A stretch of DNA of 62,406 nucleotides from an uncultured Hyphomicrobiales bacterium. GTDB lineage: Bacteria > Pseudomonadota > Alphaproteobacteria > Rhizobiales > Beijerinckiaceae. The stretch lies in NCBI GenBank assembly GCA_903897875.1, contig CAIUDK010000315.1:1-62406 (forward strand), written 5' to 3'. The notes under the pieces are model-generated. The model saw nothing but the letters and a program-made list of their open reading frames with translations. It was not told where the DNA came from and searched no databases. The translations under genes and the position numbers were made by a program. Position 1 is the stretch's first letter. Each line of letters starts with the position of its first letter. Positions 8,824 through 17,760 of the stretch are shown here, piece by piece.

Positions 8824-9606
8824 GTGCGTGGAATGTCAAGTCGATTGCCAGCAAGAGCCATAAAGCCCAAACCAGTGGCAGCTGTTGATCGCGCCTTGAG
8901 TATTCTTGATGCTTTTCGTTTGGGCGATCAGCCACTGTCCTTGGCGGAGGTGGCGCGTCGCACAAAGCTGAGCAAGGCAACCATTTTGCGGCTTGCTGGA
9001 ACTTTGGAGCAGCGGCAATTTCTAGCGCGCACCTCGGATGGGCATTTTGTGTTAGGTGCCAAGCCACTTCAATTGGGCGGCATATTTCAGTCCATGATTC
9101 AGCCTATCGACGTCATTCCGCCCCTATTGCGCGCGCTCAGTGTCAAAACGGGTGAGAGCGCATCTTTTATGATTCGGCAGGGCGATTTGCGGGTGTGCCT
9201 TTACCGTATTGATTCCCCACAAACCGTGCGTGATCATCTCAAGCCGGGAAGCATTTTGCCCATGAACAAGGGGGCAGCAGGGCGTGTTATTATGGCCTTC
9301 TCGCCGCCCTATCCAAAGCCCTATCGGGCCATTCGCGAGTCCATCGTTGATATGTCTATTTCGGAAATCACACCAGATGTGGCGAGCATTTGTGCGCCTA
9401 TCTTTGATGGCCAAGGCATAGCGGGCGCGATCGCTTTAAGCGGTCCCAAGACACGATTTACGCCCACAGCCTTGCGTGCCATGAAAAAGGAAATATTGGT
9501 GACAGCGCAAGCCATGAGCTCTGCGCTGAGCGGCGACGCAAAGCGGTTCGATCAGGAGATTAAAACGGCCCGAGCAACCGATATCATGTCATCAAAGATT
9601 AAATAG
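8824..9606 (+). CDS. IclR family transcriptional regulator
   Basis: AVDRALSIL and an HTH (LAEVARRTKLSKATILRL), with C-terminal ASICAPIF..GAIALSGP. The start may be ATG 8833. Confidence 0.92.
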   Translation: MRGMSSRLPARAIKPKPVAAVDRALSILDAFRLGDQPLSLAEVARRTKLSKATILRLAGTLEQRQFLARTSDGHFVLGAKPLQLGGIFQSMIQPIDVIPPLLRALSVKTGESASFMIRQGDLRVCLYRIDSPQTVRDHLKPGSILPMNKGAAGRVIMAFSPPYPKPYRAIRESIVDMSISEITPDVASICAPIFDGQGIAGAIALSGPKTRFTPTALRAMKKEILVTAQAMSSALSGDAKRFDQEIKTARATDIMSSKIK

Positions 9607-10293
9607 ACGGCTGGGAAGATTGTTTGCGCCCTGCCAATTGATCTGCTGGAGCGCATCCCAAATCACCACCTGATTGCTCGTCAAAACTGGGCGGTTCAAT
9701 GTCTGCTCTAAATCTCCAATGATGGAGAGCGCTTGAATGTTGGCGCAAGACAGAAAATACGCATCAGCATTGGCGTTTTTCGCTTCCAACACCCGTTCAC
9801 GCCATGTTGCGGCAGGGGTCGAACAATAGGCGTCGCTGTCGGTCAGATTATAGCCTTTTGACGAGACGATGTCGTAGCCCGCTGCGTGGAGGAACTCGAT
9901 CTCTTCCTCTGTCTTATGCGCATCATAAGGCGTCACCAAAGCGAGGCGCTTCACCTTTAGGGCATTAAGCGCGGCGCGCACGGCTGTTGATGTGGTGGCA
10001 AAGCGTTTGGCACCGGCGCGCTTGAGCGCATCCAAAATGGCAGTCTCGCCTGCAGGTCCATCAGACATTGACGTGACTGTGCAGTGAAAGCTGATGACAT
10101 CGCATTTGGCATCAGCCAAAGAGGCAGCCGCTTCTTCAATGCGGGGCAACAGCTCCGCGAGAGGGCGCCGATTGGGACCCGTCATGCGCAAGCGCGTGAC
10201 ATGGGCCACGACACCTTGCGGATAGAAGCGCACCATCTCTTCTTCAACCATGCGGTTTGAAGATGGAATTATGAGACCAACCCGCTGCACCAT
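9592..10293 (-). CDS. Maleate cis-trans isomerase / Asp-Glu racemase family protein
   Basis: RVGLIIPSSN, FHCT, LVTPY, LSCAN and PVLTSNQ. Confidence 0.85.
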   Translation of the reverse strand: MVQRVGLIIPSSNRMVEEEMVRFYPQGVVAHVTRLRMTGPNRRPLAELLPRIEEAAASLADAKCDVISFHCTVTSMSDGPAGETAILDALKRAGAKRFATTSTAVRAALNALKVKRLALVTPYDAHKTEEEIEFLHAAGYDIVSSKGYNLTDSDAYCSTPAATWRERVLEAKNANADAYFLSCANIQALSIIGDLEQTLNRPVLTSNQVVIWDALQQINWQGANNLPSRLFNL

Positions 10294-10556
10294 GACAATT
10301 CTCCCAAATTATTTTGGGCGATGGTAGTGGCAAGTTGACGGCTAAAGCAAGTGGGAGAAGATTGCTTATAGACCATTGCATATTCAATGGCATTGGCTAC
10401 ACTTCTTGGGCTGCCTCTTGTGATCGCCAAAGGTCACAAGAAGAAAAAGAACACTTAGGGAGAGACGCTAACGGGCCACCGCACGGGTGAGCACGCGCGA
10501 TCGCGATGTCCATCATCTCGACTCTATCCTAAGCAATGCAGCGATTGGGAGCGCGC

Positions 10557-11369
10557 ATGGTCTATGGGCTGGAGCGAAAGGTTGCGATTGTCACTGGCGC
10601 AAGTCGGGGGCTAGGCAAGGCCATGGCTATGGCTCTGTGCGACGCTGGCGCCAAGGTTATTCTCGCATCACCTGAAGAAGATCTACTTACGCAATTGGCG
10701 CATGAGATTGAGCGCAGTCATGGTCGAGGCTCTGCGCTTGCCGTGCGCACGGATATTACCAATCGCGCTGATTGCGAGCATGTGCGCGATGTTGCACTTG
10801 AGCACTTTGGCTCCATCGATATTCTCATCAACAATGCACGCCGTCCGCAACGCGGCCCGGGCTTGCCCCTTACAGGTAACACTTTGCCGATTTGGGAAAC
10901 GGATCCCAATATCTGGCAGGACGCCATTCGCGTCAATGTGAACGGCACATTTCTCATCACGCATATCCTGTTGCCAGAAATGATGGCGCGCAATTGGGGC
11001 CGTATTATTAACATCACAACCAGCTTTGACACGCTGCAGCGCAAGCATAATTCGCCCTATGGCGTCAGCAAGGCGGCGCTCGAAGCTGCGACCATGATCT
11101 GGGCGCAGGATCTCGCAGGCACTGGCGTCACATGCAATTCGCTGCTGCCCGGCGGCATGGTCAAGACAGATGATGATCCCAACCGCGCCTCTCCGCGTGG
11201 GGCCCTTTTGTCGGTGGATGTCATGAATGACCTCGCGCTGTTTCTATCGTCACCTTTGTCTGATGGCATCACGGGTGGGCGCTTTGTTGGTAAGCTTTGG
11301 AATAAGGATTTGCCAATGCTTGAAGCCGCCAATGCGGCTCGTGAACTTCCTGTTTTTCGTCAATCTTAA
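10557..11369 (+). CDS. SDR family NAD(P)-dependent oxidoreductase
   Basis: TGASRGLG and YGVSK catalytic motif. GGGAG RBS before ATG 10557. Confidence 0.9.
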   Translation: MVYGLERKVAIVTGASRGLGKAMAMALCDAGAKVILASPEEDLLTQLAHEIERSHGRGSALAVRTDITNRADCEHVRDVALEHFGSIDILINNARRPQRGPGLPLTGNTLPIWETDPNIWQDAIRVNVNGTFLITHILLPEMMARNWGRIINITTSFDTLQRKHNSPYGVSKAALEAATMIWAQDLAGTGVTCNSLLPGGMVKTDDDPNRASPRGALLSVDVMNDLALFLSSPLSDGITGGRFVGKLWNKDLPMLEAANAARELPVFRQS

Positions 11370-11381
11370 TTGGAGCAAAAC

Positions 11382-12530
11382 TTGGCGCAACTTACACTCG
11401 ACACAGATCATGACCGTCGCTTCCTTCTCGATCCCTATCTTGATTGGACACAGAACGAAGGCATCCCGGTTTATGAAGATTTTGGAATTGATCTGCTGGC
11501 CGTCGAAACACAACGCTGGGATCGCTTTGATGCGAAAGGCGCCTTCATACACGCCAAAGGGCGCGGTGATTTTTGCGCAACATTCGCTCTTGAGATAGAG
11601 CCGGGGCGTCAAACTTCGCCACAAAAACACATTTTTGAAGAAGTCATCTATGTCATGGAAGGCCATGGCGCGACCAAGATTGAGACGCCAGAGGGACTGC
11701 GCTATTCGTTCGAATGGGGGCCAAAGAGCCTCTTCGCCATTCCGCTCAATGCGCGTTACCAACATTTCAACACGTCAGGCCAATCGCGGGCTTTGCTTGC
11801 CTCCACAAACAATCTGCCTGTGGTGATGAATCTTTTTCACAATGAAAAATTTGTGTTTCAAAACGATTTTTCATTCCCTGAGCGTGTTGGGGATGACAAG
11901 CATTTTGCGGGTGATGGTGATTTCACAAGCATTCGTCCCGGCAGCCATTTGTGGGAAACGAATTTTGTGCCAGATCTCACAAACCTCGAGTTGAAGGCGT
12001 GGGAAGCGCGCGGCGCTGGGTCTGCCAATCTCGCTTTTGTTTTGGCCGATGGCACAATGCACACCCATATGTCAGAAATTCCTGCTGGCCGATACAAAAA
12101 GGGACATCGTCATGGCGATGGCATGCATGTGTTTGCAGTCAACGGCACAGGCTATTCTCTGTTCTGGCATGAAGCAGAGCAAGACTTTAAGCGCGTGCCT
12201 TGGCGTCATGGTGTGATGTATGCGCCCCCGCACCTCATGTTTCATCAGCATTTCAACACAGCGCCAACACCTGCGCGCTATATCGCGATTGGCATTGGCA
12301 GTCGACGTTATCCTTTCATTCGCATGCGCCGCGAAGCTGTTCTTGGCAGCGAAGTGAATGTGCGCGAAGGCGGTGCGCAAATTGATTATTCAGACCAAGA
12401 TCGCCGCATCCACGACCTATGGCTCAAAGAAATGGCCGCCTGTGGCGTGGCAAGCGACATGGGAAAATATATCGATGAAAGCGAATTTGACAGTCGTCCT
12501 GCTGCGCCAAGTAAGGGGAGTCCAACATGA
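11382..12530 (+). CDS. Bicupin (two cupin domains), possible non-heme metal dioxygenase
   Basis: KHIFEEVIYVMEGHG..YQHFN and GHRHGDGMHVFAVNGTG..HQHFN. TTG 11382 follows GGAG; the in-frame alternative start is 11370. Confidence 0.78.
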   Translation: MAQLTLDTDHDRRFLLDPYLDWTQNEGIPVYEDFGIDLLAVETQRWDRFDAKGAFIHAKGRGDFCATFALEIEPGRQTSPQKHIFEEVIYVMEGHGATKIETPEGLRYSFEWGPKSLFAIPLNARYQHFNTSGQSRALLASTNNLPVVMNLFHNEKFVFQNDFSFPERVGDDKHFAGDGDFTSIRPGSHLWETNFVPDLTNLELKAWEARGAGSANLAFVLADGTMHTHMSEIPAGRYKKGHRHGDGMHVFAVNGTGYSLFWHEAEQDFKRVPWRHGVMYAPPHLMFHQHFNTAPTPARYIAIGIGSRRYPFIRMRREAVLGSEVNVREGGAQIDYSDQDRRIHDLWLKEMAACGVASDMGKYIDESEFDSRPAAPSKGSPT

Positions 12531-13576
12531 TAAAAACCAAATTACGAATTGGCTTAGCTTGTGTTGTAGCACTCACGATGACGTCCATCGCAAAAGCCGA
12601 TGACATCGCTGATTTTTATAAAGGTAAAACTGTCAATATTATTGTGGGCGCGGCTGCAGGTGGCGCTTATGATCTGGTCTCGCGCACATTGGCTAATCAT
12701 ATGTCGCGCTATATTCCGGGAAATCCAAAAATCATTGTTTCCAATATGGTTGGCGCATCAAGCCTGCCTATGGTGAATTTTCTCACCAATGCTGGGCGCA
12801 AGGATGGCACTGTCATTGGCATGTCCAACAGCAATATTGCGCTCGAGCGTCCGCTCAAGATGCTGTCCAAAAACGGCGGCAATGTTGCTTTTGATGTGAG
12901 CAAGTTGCAATGGATTGGCTCGCCCCTTCAGCAGCCGCATGTGTTGTGGGTCTGGCATCAATCGCCAGCAAAAACATTTGAAGATTTGAAAACACATAAA
13001 ACGCTGGTGGGCTCCATCGGCGTGGGCGGCGACAATTATGCGTTGCCAACAATGTTGAATTATTTGCTCGGCACAAAGCTTGAAATCATTTCTGGCTATG
13101 AGGGCCAGAGTGATGTGTTTGTTGCAGCAGAGCGTGGTGAGATTGAAGGCAATAGTGCCGTCTTGCCCAATCTGACCTCAGCCAAGCCAGAATGGTTTCG
13201 TGACAAAAAAGTTCGTGTGCTCGTCCAATTTGGCACAACACGCATGCGTGAATTGCCCGACGTGCCAACAGCCATTGAGCTTGCGACCAATCCTTTTGAT
13301 GCGCAGATGTTACGTTTCTATGCACTCAAATTCAGTATGGCCTATCCGCTTGTGATGGCACCAGATGTGCCACCTGCTCGCGTGCAAGCCATGCGCGATG
13401 CGTTTGATGCCACCGTCAAAGATGAGGCATTTCTTGCCGATGCCAAGCGCCTTGGGCTTGATGTGAATCCGTTCAGCGGATTGCAAATGCATCAGTTGAT
13501 CGAAGAAATCGACGCAGCGCCGAAAGAAGTCGTGGACCGTGTGGCTCAAATTATCGCTGCACCAAGCAAGCCATAG
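12527..13576 (+). CDS. Bug/TctC family substrate-binding protein (copy 2)
   Basis: AGGAYD, GYEGQSDVFVAAERGE and a signal peptide. Confidence 0.88.
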   Translation: MIKTKLRIGLACVVALTMTSIAKADDIADFYKGKTVNIIVGAAAGGAYDLVSRTLANHMSRYIPGNPKIIVSNMVGASSLPMVNFLTNAGRKDGTVIGMSNSNIALERPLKMLSKNGGNVAFDVSKLQWIGSPLQQPHVLWVWHQSPAKTFEDLKTHKTLVGSIGVGGDNYALPTMLNYLLGTKLEIISGYEGQSDVFVAAERGEIEGNSAVLPNLTSAKPEWFRDKKVRVLVQFGTTRMRELPDVPTAIELATNPFDAQMLRFYALKFSMAYPLVMAPDVPPARVQAMRDAFDATVKDEAFLADAKRLGLDVNPFSGLQMHQLIEEIDAAPKEVVDRVAQIIAAPSKP

Positions 13577-13582
13577 GAGACG

Positions 13583-14638
13583 ATGATGCGTTCAATGAAT
13601 GTTACCTTGGCGAATATTATCTTGGCGATTGTTATCGCAAGCGTCGTGTGCGGCGTAACACCAAGCCTCTCGCAAGAAGATGTCGGTGCCTTCTTTAAGG
13701 ATAAGCAAATTCGCTTGGTTGTGGGATCAGCGGCGGGCTCTGGCTATGATCTCAATGCGCGCATTGTCGCGCGTTATATGGGACGCCATATTCCGGGCAA
13801 ACCAACCATTGTTGTGCAAAACCAACCGGGCGCTGGCAGTGCGACAATGGCAACAACATTATTCAACACAGCACCTAAAGACGGCACTGTGATTGGAGCC
13901 GCCATCAATGGCATGCCGACGATTCATTTGTTGTCACCGGAACTCGCGCGTTTCGATCCCTCGAAATTTGAATGGTTAGGCAGCTCCAATCGTGACACGC
14001 AGGTGTCCTATGTTTGGCGCACATCGCCCGTACAATCAGTTGAAGATCTCAAAACCAAAGAGCTGATTGTGGGCGCAACATCGGCGGGCACAACACAGGT
14101 TGATTTTCCAGTTGTTGTGCGTGATGTGCTGGGTCTGAAATATAAATTGGTGAGTGGTTATGAGGGCACAACCAATATCCATCTCGCATTAGAGCGGGGC
14201 GAAGTGCAGGGCGTGGGTGCCAATGCCTGGCTTAGCCTCAAGGCGTTGAATGCGAATTGGTTGGCCGATAAATCGGTGAAGGTCATCATGCAATATGGAA
14301 TAGACAAGCATCCAGATTTGCCCGATGTGCCGACTGTTTTTAGTTTAGCCAAAAATGAAGCTGATCGTCAGGCGTTGAATTTGATTGTGTCACGGCTCGA
14401 ATATGGTCGCCCATTTTTCTTGCCACCCGGCGTGCCGGCCGCGCGTGTCGAGGCTTTGCGTCGGGCCTTCGACGAGACGATGAAAGATCCTGAATTTCTT
14501 GATGAGGCCGCCAAGGCGCAAATCGAAGTTTCGCCAATGACAGGCGAAGAAGTGGCTGCTCTCGTCAAAAAAGTGAGTGCGACGCCACCAGCCATCGTTG
14601 CGCGCGTGAAGGCGGCCTTAGAAGCAGGTGCGCGTTAA
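13583..14638 (+). CDS. Bug/TctC family substrate-binding protein (copy 3)
   Basis: AGSGYD, NQPGAGS and GYEGTTNIHLALERGE. Confidence 0.88.
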   Translation: MMRSMNVTLANIILAIVIASVVCGVTPSLSQEDVGAFFKDKQIRLVVGSAAGSGYDLNARIVARYMGRHIPGKPTIVVQNQPGAGSATMATTLFNTAPKDGTVIGAAINGMPTIHLLSPELARFDPSKFEWLGSSNRDTQVSYVWRTSPVQSVEDLKTKELIVGATSAGTTQVDFPVVVRDVLGLKYKLVSGYEGTTNIHLALERGEVQGVGANAWLSLKALNANWLADKSVKVIMQYGIDKHPDLPDVPTVFSLAKNEADRQALNLIVSRLEYGRPFFLPPGVPAARVEALRRAFDETMKDPEFLDEAAKAQIEVSPMTGEEVAALVKKVSATPPAIVARVKAALEAGAR

Positions 14639-14645
14639 AATAATT

Positions 14646-14678
14646 CTGGCCTCTTCATCGTTATAATGGAGAGGCCAG
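14646..14678. terminator. Stem-loop between convergent genes (probable terminator)
   Basis: CTGGCCTCT/AGAGGCCAG inverted repeat. Confidence 0.55.
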
Positions 14679-14682
14679 CACT

Positions 14683-16521
14683 CTAGTCCTTGCGCCCAGA
14701 TGTATGGCCGCGGGCCTCTGCTACCCCCACATCAATGCGCGCGTCGATCACATAAATGCCGCCCGCGCGCACAACTTTTTCGCCACGCAAAAGCGCCGCT
14801 TGGAAGTCAGCGGCATTCTCAACGGGGCCTTCGCCATCAAGTCCCTGCGCTTTTGCCAAACCAATCAGATCGATGGCCGGGTCCATCATCTCTTGACCGA
14901 TAAATTTATTCTCTGTCGGACGGCCGCGCACCTTGGCCATCAATTCTTGATGCGCCACATCATTATAATAAACGCGGTTGTTGGCAATCACCACGAGCAG
15001 CGGAATGCCCATATGCGCCGCCGTCCAAAACGCATTGCAGCCCATGCAAAAATCGCCATCACCGATCACGGTCATGGGGAAGCGGCCTGAGCCTTTGATG
15101 GCGAGCGCGGTGCCAATGGCATTGGAGGGTCCAGACCCCACACCGCCACCACCATCAAGACCAACGAAGTCCAACGGATGTTTGAAGTTCAACACATCGG
15201 CGGGCCAACCCAATGCATAACCTGCCATCGTCACGTCGCGCGTGTCAGTGAATTGGCGCACAATCAGTGCCAAATCCAAAAGATGCATCATGCCTTGTGC
15301 GCGCGGTGCGGGCAGTAGTTTGTTCACGCGGGCTGGAAATTTCGGTGCGCATTTTTCCTGCGTGCCACGTAGTCTGCGCACAGCATCAAGCAACGGGCGC
15401 ACAAGTTGATCGGCCGTGCTGAGAATTTTGAGATCGACAGGCGGCAGACCAAAATGATCCATGCTCCAACCATTGTGGAGATAATCATCGACCGTGCAGT
15501 GAATGACCTTCGCCTCAACAGGTTTGTCTTTGCCAAGCGTTTGAGCAAACTGCCCCTTCAGATCAATCCAATCCAATGAGAGCACAACATCGGCCTCACG
15601 CATAATTTGCGCACTGCCCGGCGAGGGCCGCAGGCGTGGCTCTGTTGGATGCAAAGGATGGTCGGTTGGGAAAGCCGCTGCCGTTTTCAAATCGGTGAGC
15701 ACAGCCGCGCCCAATGCTTCGGCCAAATCAATGCGTGCTTGCCAATCATCTAAATTGCGCGACACGCGGCCCATCAAGATGACAGGCTTTTTTGCATCCA
15801 CCAACATGCGTGCGGCTTGTTCAACGGCCTCTTGTGATGGGGCAGGTGGCACGCCGGGTGCAAAGCGCGCCATGTCGGGGAAAGTAATCTCTTGCGTGAG
15901 TTGCGTTTCCTGCAAGCCAACATCAAGACACACATAGGTTGGGCCAAACGGCGGCGTTGCTGCAATCTGAAATGCACGTACCATGGACTCAATGGCCGCA
16001 CCCACAGAGCGCGGCTCATCATCCCACTTCGTATATTGGCGAATGAGCGCGCCTTGATCCTTGGCGGTGTGAATCCAATCAATCCAAGGGCGACGCTCTT
16101 CGGCGTCGCCGGGACCTGTGGCACCTAGAATAAAGATGGGATTGCGCGCGCACCACGCATTGAAAATTGCCATTGTCGCATGCATCAAGCCGACATTGGA
16201 ATGGAGTGCAACCGCCATCGGACGCTCGGTGACTTTGGCATAGCCTTGCGCAATGCCAACCGCATGTTCTTCATGCAGACAGACAAGCATTTGCGGATCG
16301 CGATTGCCCAGATAATTCACCAAACTATCATGCAGACCGCGATAGCTAGCGCCCGGCGTCAATGCAATGTAGCGCAGGTCAAGACGACGCAACACTTCCG
16401 CCATCGCATCTGACACCCAACCAAGCTCAGCGTTGGATGGACGCACAAGCGCGTCCTTGCCATCAAAGCGCGCGGTGGCGAGCGGCACGCCGCTTTTATC
16501 TGCCTCTGGTGTCTGGCTCAT
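14683..16521 (-). CDS. Thiamine diphosphate-dependent enzyme (decarboxylase/ALS superfamily), paralog 1
   Basis: PGASYRGLHDS, CLHEEHAV catalytic Glu and GDGDFCMG..NN ThDP motif. GGGAG precedes ATG 16521; the ORF extends to 16581. Confidence 0.88.
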   Translation of the reverse strand: MSQTPEADKSGVPLATARFDGKDALVRPSNAELGWVSDAMAEVLRRLDLRYIALTPGASYRGLHDSLVNYLGNRDPQMLVCLHEEHAVGIAQGYAKVTERPMAVALHSNVGLMHATMAIFNAWCARNPIFILGATGPGDAEERRPWIDWIHTAKDQGALIRQYTKWDDEPRSVGAAIESMVRAFQIAATPPFGPTYVCLDVGLQETQLTQEITFPDMARFAPGVPPAPSQEAVEQAARMLVDAKKPVILMGRVSRNLDDWQARIDLAEALGAAVLTDLKTAAAFPTDHPLHPTEPRLRPSPGSAQIMREADVVLSLDWIDLKGQFAQTLGKDKPVEAKVIHCTVDDYLHNGWSMDHFGLPPVDLKILSTADQLVRPLLDAVRRLRGTQEKCAPKFPARVNKLLPAPRAQGMMHLLDLALIVRQFTDTRDVTMAGYALGWPADVLNFKHPLDFVGLDGGGGVGSGPSNAIGTALAIKGSGRFPMTVIGDGDFCMGCNAFWTAAHMGIPLLVVIANNRVYYNDVAHQELMAKVRGRPTENKFIGQEMMDPAIDLIGLAKAQGLDGEGPVENAADFQAALLRGEKVVRAGGIYVIDARIDVGVAEARGHTSGRKD

Positions 16522-16628
16522 TCTATGCTCCCAATCATTGTTATGCTGCACTTGGTGCGCAGTTTGTTTGGTTTCAGTCACGGTGTGATTTTACGCGCGT
16601 CCAAAGTCAAGAAAGCCCGCGTAAATTC

Positions 16629-17669
16629 TCAATAAAACTTATCGATGATAACCTGCTTGACCTCTTGCTGGCGCGCTGGCGTCAACCCGGTGAGGCTTTG
16701 TTCCAAGAGCTTGCTGATCTCTTTGGGTTCTCCAAAAACCGCTGGCTGTTGTTGCTTTTCAAATTCTACCAAAGCTTGCGGGTCAGTCAGAATCTCTTTT
16801 GTAATGCGTTGCAAAAAGGCAAGTCTGTCTGGTGCCATATTGGGTGGCGCAATCAGGAGACGGCCAATTTTGCGGATGTCCTCACGGAAATCGAGCCACC
16901 ATAAAGCTTCTGCATCAAGGGCGACTGATTCATAAATGGTTGGCACGTTTGGCATGAGTTTGGAGCGTTCACGCGCTGTCACCAACACGCCGTGCAATTG
17001 ATTGTCTTGCGCATAACGCACAGAGGAGTCTTCAACCAAAATGGTGCCATCCACTTCGCCACGCACAGCGGCTAAAGCAAATTCTGCGGAAGATTTATAG
17101 CCAATCGTGATCTTGCATGGAATTTTTAAGGCGTGGCAGATCACAGCCGATGTGTCGGACGCCGCATCTGTTTTGCCACCAGCACCAATCTGCAAGGGGC
17201 GCTGCGTTTTGAGCAGATCTGAAATTGTCGAGAAACCGCTCTTTGGATTGACGATCAAAACGCGCGGCGCTGTGTTGACGCGCGCCAGCAAACCAAATTT
17301 GAGCAAATCGAACCGAATGGCTTGATCGTCGGTGAGCTTTGCCAATACTGCGCCTTCGCCCGGTGCCAGCATCAATGTCAGCCCATCAGGTGGCTGCATC
17401 CACGTGTAATTGAGGGCGGTCATCATGCCAGCCCCGGGGCGTGAATCGACGACTACGGTCGCGCCCAATTTCTTCTCAAGCCAAGGCGCTAGCATACGCG
17501 AATATAAATCATAGCCAGAGCCTGCCGCACCGCCATTGACGAGATGCACAGTCTTGCCGCGATAAAAATCGAGATTGGCATCGGCCTTCGCGTTGAATGG
17601 TGCGAGACATAGGGCGCCCAAAAGCGCGAGCGTCAAACGTGATGCGAGACAGCGTGATAGGACACACAT
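16629..17669 (-). CDS. Bug/TctC family substrate-binding protein (copy 4, most divergent)
   Basis: AGSGYD, RPGAGM and GYKSSAEFALAAVRGEVDG. Confidence 0.85.
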   Translation of the reverse strand: MCVLSRCLASRLTLALLGALCLAPFNAKADANLDFYRGKTVHLVNGGAAGSGYDLYSRMLAPWLEKKLGATVVVDSRPGAGMMTALNYTWMQPPDGLTLMLAPGEGAVLAKLTDDQAIRFDLLKFGLLARVNTAPRVLIVNPKSGFSTISDLLKTQRPLQIGAGGKTDAASDTSAVICHALKIPCKITIGYKSSAEFALAAVRGEVDGTILVEDSSVRYAQDNQLHGVLVTARERSKLMPNVPTIYESVALDAEALWWLDFREDIRKIGRLLIAPPNMAPDRLAFLQRITKEILTDPQALVEFEKQQQPAVFGEPKEISKLLEQSLTGLTPARQQEVKQVIIDKFY

Positions 17670-17760
17670 GATCGATCCTCCCCTAGGGCGTCAGTTTTCT
17701 GACTGCCCAATTATCATCATGCTAGCAGTCTTGCGCGATTCCGCAATCGGGGAAGGCGAA

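Noticed and set aside
10455-10535. Glycine riboswitch (GGAGAGAC start)
   Set aside because: The conserved GCCGAAG and CTCTCAGG elements are absent.
3140-17669. Mobile genomic island
   Set aside because: No integrase, transposase, tRNA or flanking direct repeats seen, and no obvious compositional break by eye.
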